Positions 56,884 through 64,000 of a DNA stretch of 64,000 nt are shown one piece after another. The position numbers were made by a program, and so were the translations under genes. Origin of the DNA: an uncultured Desulfarculus sp. (GTDB taxonomy: Bacteria > Desulfobacterota > Desulfarculia > Desulfarculales > Desulfarculaceae); the NCBI GenBank assembly GCA_963665125.2, contig CAXXUK010000001.1:2048001-2112000 (forward strand), in the 5' to 3' direction. The number at the start of each line of letters is the position of its first letter. Positions within the stretch are counted from its first letter, which is position 1. The notes under the pieces are model-generated. The model saw nothing but the letters and a program-made list of their open reading frames with translations, searched no databases and was not told where the DNA came from.

Positions 56884-57594
56884 ATGGAAAAAGTAACATT
56901 CACTATTTTGCGCTATGACCCTGAAAACGGCAAAAAGCCTTATTATCAGGATTTCGAGGTGACGTTGGAGCGTCCGGGCATGATGATCCTGGACGGCCTG
57001 AACCAGATCCGCTGGGAACTCGACGGCACCCTGGCCTACCGCCGCTCCTGCCGCGAGGGCGTGTGCGGCTCCGACGGCGTCAACGTCAACGGCGTGAACA
57101 TGCTCACCTGCGTGACCCATATCAGTGACGTGGTCAAAAAGGGCAAGCTGGTGATCCAGCCCCTTCCCGGCCTGCCCCTGATCAAGGACCTGGTGGTGGA
57201 CCTGGACGACTTCCTGCAGAAATACTTCACGGTCAAACCGTACTTGATCACCAAGTCGCCGCCGCCGGTGCGCGAACGCCTGCAATCGCCCGAGGAGCGC
57301 AAAAAGCTAGACGGCCTGTACGAGTGCATCCTTTGCGCCTGCTGCTCCAGTTCGTGCCCCTCGTATTGGGCCCATCCGGATTATATGGGCCCCAGCGCCA
57401 TGCTCAACGTGGCCCGGTTCGTGGAAGATTCCCGGGACGAGGGAATCGAGGAGCGGCTGGACATGCTGGAGGGCCGCACGGGCGTGTGGCGCTGCCACAC
57501 CATCCTCAACTGCGTGGAAGCATGCCCCAAGAACCTCAACCCGACCCAGGCCATCGGCACCCTGAAAAAGCTGATGGTGCAACGCCGTTTCTAG
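56884..57594 (+). CDS. sdhB: Succinate dehydrogenase iron-sulfur subunit
   Basis: SCREGVCGSDG, CILCACCSSSCP and CHTILNCVEACP. Confidence 0.96.
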   Translation: MEKVTFTILRYDPENGKKPYYQDFEVTLERPGMMILDGLNQIRWELDGTLAYRRSCREGVCGSDGVNVNGVNMLTCVTHISDVVKKGKLVIQPLPGLPLIKDLVVDLDDFLQKYFTVKPYLITKSPPPVRERLQSPEERKKLDGLYECILCACCSSSCPSYWAHPDYMGPSAMLNVARFVEDSRDEGIEERLDMLEGRTGVWRCHTILNCVEACPKNLNPTQAIGTLKKLMVQRRF

Positions 57595-57625
57595 CAGCAA
57601 GACCTCGGCTTTACTTGAACGCCGT

Positions 57626-57656
57626 ACCCCGTCCCCACCGTGGGGCGGGGTGTTTT
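57626..57656 (+). terminator. Hairpin/terminator after sdhB
   Basis: ACCCCGTCCCCA-CCG-TGGGGCGGGGT followed by GTTTT. Confidence 0.55.
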
Positions 57657-57657
57657 A

Positions 57658-57960
57658 ATGAACGGACGAACCGTGGAAAACCTGAACGCACGAAAAAGGG
57701 CTCTACGCATGCGGGCCGGACGCCGGGGCTACCTGGAGGTGGAGCTTGTCATGCGGCCGTTTCTGGACAGCCGTCTGGATGCTCTTACCGAAGCCGAAGT
57801 GACCCAGCTGGAGGTCCTGGCCGAGCTGGAAGACCTGGAGTTGTGGGAAGTGATCAGCGGCAAAAAAAAGCCGCCCCAGGGCGTACCAATCGAGTTGGTA
57901 AAGCGGATTCGCACGTCTCCAATACTTCCAGACACGCACTCACCGGATGAATCTAATTGA
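57658..57960 (+). CDS. sdhE: SdhE/SDHAF2 flavinylation (assembly) factor
   Basis: LRMRAGRRGYLEVELVM contains the RGxxE motif; D.EL..W; lies directly after sdhB. Confidence 0.8.
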   Translation: MNGRTVENLNARKRALRMRAGRRGYLEVELVMRPFLDSRLDALTEAEVTQLEVLAELEDLELWEVISGKKKPPQGVPIELVKRIRTSPILPDTHSPDESN

Positions 57961-57985
57961 CATAACCGCCGCCTTGTTCTATTGT
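57957..57985 (+). promoter_or_regulatory. sigma70-type promoter of hpt
   Basis: TTGACA-17 bp-TATTGT. Confidence 0.65.
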
Positions 57986-58049
57986 AAGCGTGAATAATTA
58001 TTAAATCCAGGCGGTTAAAACGTCTGGGCCTTTTCCTGCGAGGCCACCG

Positions 58050-58592
58050 GTGACCGAAGAAAAAGTCACGCTTCACCCTGTAATCACTCCGGACCAAATC
58101 CGTAAACGAGTGGAAGAGTTGGCCGTTGCCATTAAAAAGGACCTCGGGCCGGAAAAACCGGTGCTTTTGGGCATACTCAAAGGCTGTTTCATGTTTTTCA
58201 CCGATCTCGCCCGCCAACTCGACATGGACGTGGACGTCGATTTCGTGCGCCTGGCCTCTTATGGATCAAGTGACCAGAGTTCCGGTGAAATCAACATGGT
58301 CAAGGCGCCGGAAATGAATTTCGAGGGCCGCACGGTCCTCATCGTGGAGGACATCGTCGATACAGGCCTGACCCTGGCCTGGCTCAAGGATCACCTGGAA
58401 GGATTCAACGCCAAGCAGGTAAAAATCTGCGCGTTCATCGACAAGGCCGAACGCCGCCAAATAGACGTCAAGGTCGATTATGTCGGTTTCAAGGTGCCTG
58501 AGGGCTTCCTGGTGGGCTATGGGCTGGACTACAATGAAAAATATCGCAACTTGTCCGGGGTGTTTGAGTTGCGCTTCAATTCCGACAAATGA
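58050..58592 (+). CDS. hpt: Hypoxanthine phosphoribosyltransferase
   Basis: ILKG, LASYG, VLIVEDIVDTGLT and FLVGYGLDYNEKYRNL. Confidence 0.95.
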   Translation: MTEEKVTLHPVITPDQIRKRVEELAVAIKKDLGPEKPVLLGILKGCFMFFTDLARQLDMDVDVDFVRLASYGSSDQSSGEINMVKAPEMNFEGRTVLIVEDIVDTGLTLAWLKDHLEGFNAKQVKICAFIDKAERRQIDVKVDYVGFKVPEGFLVGYGLDYNEKYRNLSGVFELRFNSDK

Positions 58593-58608
58593 TGGCAGAG
58601 GTTGAGCC

Positions 58609-59472
58609 GTGATCGTCACTTGCCCAAAATGCCAAGCCAAGTTCAATCTTGATGAAACCAAGATCCCGCCTGAGGGCGCGTGGGTCCGTTGTGGTAAATG
58701 CGACGAAGTATTCCAGGTCTTGCCTCCGGGCGCCAAGGCACCCGAGCCGGAACCAATGCCCGGTGATGACATGGACCTGGGCGACGACCTGTTTGGCGGC
58801 GACATCGGCGATGACGAATTCGATTTCACCGGCGGCAGCGAGCCCGAACCCGATGGCAAGGGCCGAGGCAAAGCCTTCAAGATTTTCTTCTGGCTGCTGG
58901 CCATTATTATGATCCTGGCCGTGGTCGGCGTGGGCGCCTTAGTCACAATGGGCCGTATGGGCGTGGGCGGCGAACTCGTCACCCAGTTGGGCAAAATTCC
59001 GGTCATCCGCGATCTGATAGGCACCCCGGCCCAGACCAACCTCAGCAAGGAAGACTCCCTGCCCAGCAATGCCCTGATGATATTCCGCAATGTGCGGGGA
59101 TCTTTCAGGAACAATAAAGACGGCAAGCAGCTGTTCGTGGTCCAGGGCCAGGTGGAAAACACCAGCGACCAGGTCCGGACGGACATCATGCTCCGGGCGG
59201 TCATCCTCAACAAGGAAAAGCAAAAGGTCGTAACGGCCAAGGCCTACGCCGGACCGGAGTTGAACGTAGAACAGCTTCGCCAGATGCCTCTTGACGAAAT
59301 AACCCGCATTTTGGCGTCGCCGGTCGGTCAAGACGGCACCAAGTATGTTGTCGCTCCGCGTTCGACCATCCCGTTCATGATTGTATTCGCCGATCTGCCC
59401 AGCAATGTTTCCGAATATCTGACGGAGGTGGTTTCTACCAAACCGTTAGAGGACGCCCCGGCGGACAGGTAG
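58609..59472 (+). CDS. Zinc-ribbon (MJ0042-like) plus TM plus DUF3426-like protein
   Basis: CPKC...VRCGKC, acidic linker, one TM helix, C-terminal VQGQVEN...PFMIVF. Confidence 0.82.
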   Translation: MIVTCPKCQAKFNLDETKIPPEGAWVRCGKCDEVFQVLPPGAKAPEPEPMPGDDMDLGDDLFGGDIGDDEFDFTGGSEPEPDGKGRGKAFKIFFWLLAIIMILAVVGVGALVTMGRMGVGGELVTQLGKIPVIRDLIGTPAQTNLSKEDSLPSNALMIFRNVRGSFRNNKDGKQLFVVQGQVENTSDQVRTDIMLRAVILNKEKQKVVTAKAYAGPELNVEQLRQMPLDEITRILASPVGQDGTKYVVAPRSTIPFMIVFADLPSNVSEYLTEVVSTKPLEDAPADR

Positions 59473-59478
59473 CCAACC

Positions 59479-60504
59479 GTGAGCGGCATCCGAGGTCGCA
59501 TAATCCTGGGCATCGCCCTTTCGCTGGCTATTGTCGTCGGTGGAACCCTGGGCTATCACTTCATCGAAGGCTGGAGCCTTTTCGAATCGCTCTACATGAC
59601 CGCGATCACCGTAACCACGGTGGGATTTGGCGAGATCAGGCCGCTGAGCGAAACAGGGCGCATTCTGACCCTTGCGCTGATATTCTTCGGCGTTGGAATC
59701 GTCCTTTACCTGATCACAACCTTCAGCCAAATGGTCGTGGAAGGCAAACTCCGCCAAATACTGGGGAGGAGAAACGTGGAGAAGCACATCCGCTCGTTGC
59801 GCGATCACTTTATAATCTGCGGATACGGCCGAATCGGTTCCCAGGTGGCCAGAATGCTGGGGGACAACGGCTATAAAACCGTTATTGTCGACAACCACCC
59901 CGACATCGGCAGACGCCTGGAGAACACCGGCCAGGATTTTTTTTACGGATCGGCCACCGAAGACGAAAGCCTGCTTAAGGCAGGCATTGAAAAGGCCAAG
60001 GGCCTTGTGGCCACGGTCAGTTCCGACGCGGACAACGTGTTCATCACCCTGACGGCCAAGGGCATGAACCCCGGCCTGTTTGTCATCGCCAGGGCCACCG
60101 AGCCTGGCAGTGAAATCAAACTGCGCAGGGCCGGAGCGGACAAGGTGGTCTCGCCCTATTTCATCGGCGCCCGGCGCATCGCCCAAATGGTAATGCGGCC
60201 CACGGTGGCCGATTTTGTCGATCTAACCTTTCATGGAACGGACGAGGCTCTGCGCATGGAGGAAATGAAGGTCGGTCCCAAGGCGGAATTGGCCGGTGTA
60301 AGCCTGATGGACTCCGGCATCCGCCACAAGCTGGACATCATTGTTCTGGCGGTGAAAAAAACCAACGGCGGAATGATTTTCAACCCGCCCGCCCATACGG
60401 TGGTCGAAGCCGGGGACACCCTGGTGACCATGGGCCCGTCCAGTTCGATGAATCAGCTCAACAAAATGGTCGACTGCCAAGCGCCAACTATCCGAAAATC
60501 GTAA
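59479..60504 (+). CDS. Two-TM potassium channel with TrkA-N/TrkA-C (RCK) domains
   Basis: Selectivity filter TTVGFG, HFIICGYGRIG, AGADKVVSP and C-terminal FNP..GDTLV. Confidence 0.92.
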   Translation: MSGIRGRIILGIALSLAIVVGGTLGYHFIEGWSLFESLYMTAITVTTVGFGEIRPLSETGRILTLALIFFGVGIVLYLITTFSQMVVEGKLRQILGRRNVEKHIRSLRDHFIICGYGRIGSQVARMLGDNGYKTVIVDNHPDIGRRLENTGQDFFYGSATEDESLLKAGIEKAKGLVATVSSDADNVFITLTAKGMNPGLFVIARATEPGSEIKLRRAGADKVVSPYFIGARRIAQMVMRPTVADFVDLTFHGTDEALRMEEMKVGPKAELAGVSLMDSGIRHKLDIIVLAVKKTNGGMIFNPPAHTVVEAGDTLVTMGPSSSMNQLNKMVDCQAPTIRKS

Positions 60505-61360
60505 TCAGCGCCCCGCCTGCCACCATCAGCAGACAGGCGGCCAAATGCTGCGTCAAACGCGCTTCACCCAAAAACAATCCGCCGTAGGCCACGGCTATCA
60601 GCGTGCTGGTGCGTTTGATTGCCAGCATATAGGCCGCCGGGGCCATGCTGATGGCCCAAAAATGGAAGACCAGCATCAGGGCCATGCTCAGGCTGACGCC
60701 AAGCACTGGCCCCGGCCGGGACATCCACTGCCGTCCTATGGGGCCGCGCATACGCAGCACCAAAAACAAAAAAAACGCGAAAAACGTCGGATACACACCG
60801 GCCATGAACATGGGGCTGGCGGCTAAAATTGCTTTTTTCCCGATCACGGCGTTGAAAGCGTATAGCATGGCCGTAATCAGAATATATAACGAGCCGCGCT
60901 CCCTGGTTATGGCCTTGAACGGCTCCAGCCAGCCTTCCTTGGCCTGATGAATATTAACCGCATAGGCCCCGGCGCAAAGCAGCAGAACTCCGGCCGCCCC
61001 CATCAGCGTGGGCACCTCGTCCAGGATCAAAAAGGCCGTAAGCATGGCGAACAACGCCGTGGTGGCAAAAAACGGCTGAACCACGCCCAGCGGCGCGATC
61101 TGGATGGCCCGGTTGTACAGGAGCATGGCAATGATTTCGCCGGGCAGGGCAATACCGCAGGCCCAGTAAAAGGCCGGCTGGACCTCGGGCCATGGCGTCA
61201 CCAACAGGATAATCAGGCTGACCGGCACCATGCCGCAAACGCGGACCATGACCACCTGATTGAGGGGCAGATCGGCCAAACCGCGTTTGACAAAAAAATC
61301 AGCAGTGGCCATGGCAAAGGCCGAGCCCAGCGTCAAAATGAGCCAACTCAAGGGACACAC
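60488..61360 (-). CDS. EamA/DMT-family transporter
   Basis: 10 TM segments in two repeats; AIQIAPLGVVQPF and AIKRTS. Confidence 0.85.
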   Translation of the reverse strand: MCPLSWLILTLGSAFAMATADFFVKRGLADLPLNQVVMVRVCGMVPVSLIILLVTPWPEVQPAFYWACGIALPGEIIAMLLYNRAIQIAPLGVVQPFFATTALFAMLTAFLILDEVPTLMGAAGVLLLCAGAYAVNIHQAKEGWLEPFKAITRERGSLYILITAMLYAFNAVIGKKAILAASPMFMAGVYPTFFAFFLFLVLRMRGPIGRQWMSRPGPVLGVSLSMALMLVFHFWAISMAPAAYMLAIKRTSTLIAVAYGGLFLGEARLTQHLAACLLMVAGGALITIFG

Positions 61361-61574
61361 ACGCCGTGAAATGGGGCAATACCGGCGACGGCTTGGCCAT
61401 ACTGAGCCGCGGCAACCCGGATATCCTTGATATCCAGGCGCCCGGCGGTATTTTGCTTTTCCCGTTCGGGGATTTTATTCACGATCAGATAAAGGTATTG
61501 TACCTTGCGGCCCGAACCCCAGGCGCAACCGCCGAGTGCAGGTGCCGCGGGGAGCGGAAGGCCGTTCATCGGCC

Positions 61575-62219
61575 TTATTCCTTTGGCAGAATTTTTACCG
61601 GGATTATTCCCTCAAGGCCCGCGGCAAACCGCCTGGCGTCGTCATCGTCGCCGACAATGGCCCCGTAATGCATGGGTATGGCCAACTTCGGCCCGATGGC
61701 CAGGGCCGCCGCCACCGCCTCCTCGGCGGTCATGACGTATGTGCCTGAAACCGGCAACAGAGCGATATCCACTTTATAGCCGTCCATCTCCGGAATGTAG
61801 TCGGTGTCACCGGCATGGTAGATGGTAACGCCGTCGACCATGATGATGAAACCCAACCAGGCGTTCTTCCTGGGATGAAAATCCTTGTTCAGGTTGTAGG
61901 CGGGAACCGCGGCTATCTCCACATCGCCCACCTTGCCTTTTTTGCCTGGCAGCAATGCGGCCACTTTGCCGCTGAGTTTTTCAGCCGCATCCGGTTCGGT
62001 GATTATCACCGTCTCCGGTCCCTGGATTTTGGCTATATCCTCGGGGGAACAGTGGTCATAGTGGTCGTGGGTGATCAGGATCAACGAGGCCTCGGGGCCG
62101 TTTTCTATTTGATACGGGTCCCAATAGATGGGGCCGCCGGGCCTGTCCAGCCTGAAGCAGTCATGCCCCAGCCAGTGCAGGTCTTGCACCAGTTTGTCCA
62201 CAGCTTCCTGATCAGCCAC
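61575..62219 (-). CDS. MBL-fold metallo-hydrolase
   Basis: WLGHDCF, THDHYDH, YHAGDT and IPMHYG. Confidence 0.92.
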   Translation of the reverse strand: MADQEAVDKLVQDLHWLGHDCFRLDRPGGPIYWDPYQIENGPEASLILITHDHYDHCSPEDIAKIQGPETVIITEPDAAEKLSGKVAALLPGKKGKVGDVEIAAVPAYNLNKDFHPRKNAWLGFIIMVDGVTIYHAGDTDYIPEMDGYKVDIALLPVSGTYVMTAEEAVAAALAIGPKLAIPMHYGAIVGDDDDARRFAAGLEGIIPVKILPKE

Positions 62220-62246
62220 CAGCCACCTCCCGGAAAAAATATGAAC

Positions 62247-62441
62247 CTAGTCCAGAGCAAACACAACCCGGTGGTTAACCAGGGACATGCTCTTGATATG
62301 GCCGTTGATAATCTTTTGTTCGCCGTAGATGCTCACCAGGCGAACCTGCCCACCGTCTTCGGGCTCGATGACGTCGACATCGGCCAAAAGCAGCTGTTCC
62401 TTGCCATCATTATCTACAATATACGCTGTGGCTTCACACAT
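62247..62441 (-). CDS. cooT: CooT-family nickel-binding protein
   Basis: MCEATAY start (Cys2), IYGEQK and LVNHRV. Confidence 0.85.
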   Translation of the reverse strand: MCEATAYIVDNDGKEQLLLADVDVIEPEDGGQVRLVSIYGEQKIINGHIKSMSLVNHRVVFALD

Positions 62442-62853
62442 TTTGCATCATCTCCCTCAGGCCCACCTGGACGATTTGGTCGACCTGGTGTGGCAATGGT
62501 TCGTGATTGACGCTGACAATCTCAACATTTTCACGGGTCAAGGGAAGTAGAAACTTCTTGGCCCTGCATGTAGCGACCGCCTTGGCCACTTCCGGGGTGA
62601 CTTCCCCCATCATGGCATTGGCCAATACGATGCTCACCGGTCCGACTATCACGTCAGCATCCTTGATGGTGACAATGATCGCATTTTCTCCGGTGGCGCC
62701 GCGGTTGGCTCTGGCCTTCATCATCTGGGCCGTGGCTATCGCGTTTGTGCCCAAGGCCAGCACCTCAACGTCCTCGCCGTATTCTTCCTTAATCCGGCGA
62801 ATGATCACGCTGCCGATGCCGCCGCCTTGGCCGTCTATTACACAGATGCGCAC
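62434..62853 (-). CDS. DUF3842-family protein
   Basis: GTG after GGAGG; ICVIDGQGGGIG, LGTNAIAT, GATGENAI and GEVTP. Confidence 0.88.
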   Translation of the reverse strand: MRICVIDGQGGGIGSVIIRRIKEEYGEDVEVLALGTNAIATAQMMKARANRGATGENAIIVTIKDADVIVGPVSIVLANAMMGEVTPEVAKAVATCRAKKFLLPLTRENVEIVSVNHEPLPHQVDQIVQVGLREMMQNV

Positions 62854-62972
62854 AATACCTCCATCTGTTAAGGACAATACTACTGAACAGCCCGCCGTTC
62901 AAGGCGGCAAAAGCTTGTGCATCAAGCCAATTGCATTTAGAATCCATTAGAATTTTAACTAGTGAGTTTAGC

Positions 62973-63557
62973 ATGGATTTTATTTTTGCGGTCTTGGTTT
63001 TTGGCGGATATCTACTGGGGTCGCTGCCTTTTGGTATTTTGATCATGCGCCTCAAGGGATTGGGCGACCCCCGCGAAGGAGGATCCGGCAATATCGGGGC
63101 CACCAACGTCATGCGCATAGCCGGTAAACCGGCAGGGGCCGCCACGCTTGTGTTGGATATAGCCAAAGGGGCCGTTCCGACTCTGCTGGGGGTATTATTC
63201 CTTTTGCCATGGCAGGCCGCCGTGGTGGGCCTGGCTTCGTTTTTAGGCCATATATTCCCCGTATATTTGCGATTCAAGGGCGGCAAAGGCGTGGCCACGG
63301 CCCTTGGCGTCTGGATGATCCTGTCTCCCCCGGCCTTTTTGGGCGTGGTGGCGCTTATCCTTTTTTTGGCATGGCGAACCGGGCATATGTCGGCGGGATC
63401 ATTGGCCGGATGCGGTTCTGCGCCGCTATGGATGATAATCAACCGCGAACCATGGCAGGTAATCACCGTTTCCATTATGATGTCGGCGATTATCGTTTTT
63501 CGTCATCGAGACAACATTACTAGGTTGATCCAGGGCAAAGAAAATACTATTAGATAA
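62973..63557 (+). CDS. plsY: Glycerol-3-phosphate acyltransferase
   Basis: YLLGSLPFG, GSGNIGATNVMR, GHIFP..FKGGKGVAT and RHRDNI. Confidence 0.95.
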   Translation: MDFIFAVLVFGGYLLGSLPFGILIMRLKGLGDPREGGSGNIGATNVMRIAGKPAGAATLVLDIAKGAVPTLLGVLFLLPWQAAVVGLASFLGHIFPVYLRFKGGKGVATALGVWMILSPPAFLGVVALILFLAWRTGHMSAGSLAGCGSAPLWMIINREPWQVITVSIMMSAIIVFRHRDNITRLIQGKENTIR

Positions 63558-63620
63558 TGTAAGGCATTATCAATTGCCTGCCGGGTGATTTGTCCCCTGC
63601 GGGCTTCGGGAAATACAACA

Positions 63621-64000
63621 GTGGAAACGCATCAGAAAATCAAGTCAGCAGTTCAAGAAAACGCCAGCAAACCGCTCAGTGTGTTGCTGGCCGATGATTC
63701 GGATCTCGCCCTTCATCAACTCAAAGTAATGCTTGAAGATTTGGGTCACACCGTAACCGCCGTTCACAATGGAGAGCAAACGCTGGCCGCCAGCCGGGCC
63801 AAGGCATTCGACATCATCCTTGTGGATATGGTGATGCCCGAAATCGACGGCTTTGACGTTTTAAAGGAGTTAAAGGCCCACCGGCCGGATACGCCGATCC
63901 TGATCTTCACAGGCCACGGATCCATGGAAAGCGCCATCAAGGCGCTACGGTGCGGCGCTGACGACTACCTGACCAAACCCATCGAAAAAGAGCTGTTGGA
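63621..64000 (+). CDS. Response-regulator receiver domain protein (runs off the window)
   Basis: Manual translation from GTG at 63621 gives VLLADD..., ILVDMVMPEIDG, IFTGHGS and GADDYLTKP. Not in the ORF track because there is no stop codon in the window. Confidence 0.9.
   Translation, partial: METHQKIKSAVQENASKPLSVLLADDSDLALHQLKVMLEDLGHTVTAVHNGEQTLAASRAKAFDIILVDMVMPEIDGFDVLKELKAHRPDTPILIFTGHGSMESAIKALRCGADDYLTKPIEKELL

Overview
GC-rich bacterial chromosomal window of about 65 densely packed genes. Gene content (multiheme cytochrome, HdrD-like CCG protein, acyl-CoA dehydrogenase, crotonase, two-subunit class I fumarase, Psp system) suggests an anaerobic Desulfobacterota/deltaproteobacterium; this is an inference. 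No rRNA, tRNA, CRISPR array, integrase or transposase was recognised. The most notable feature is the apparent operon at <1-9951. It encodes a 2-oxoacid/acetoin dehydrogenase (E1beta, E2 and an E3 with a degenerate NAD-binding motif), a LipB-LipA fusion and a Lin0512-family protein. These are followed by an 11-heme cytochrome c fused to a NarI-type membrane anchor, a non-canonical GcvH/LbpA-like lipoyl carrier (ESGKWVG), an HdrD-like Fe-S/CCG protein and a dedicated lipoate-protein ligase. Together they look like a lipoyl-dithiol/disulfide-coupled, membrane-bound electron-transfer module. Other content: acyl-CoA dehydrogenase/glpD locus, orphan cysteine desulfurase, pepN, thiME, a TetR-regulated AbfD-like operon, pspF-pspABC with a sigma54 promoter, an AT-rich orphan gene, MerR/flavoprotein and RND efflux loci, a 330-bp five-hairpin REP/MITE-like element, a fused TIGR04282/TIGR04283-like glycosyltransferase, fumarase-sdhCDAB-sdhE, hpt, a K+ channel, cooT/DUF3842, plsY and a partial response regulator. 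All family assignments come from motif recognition by eye, not from database searches.
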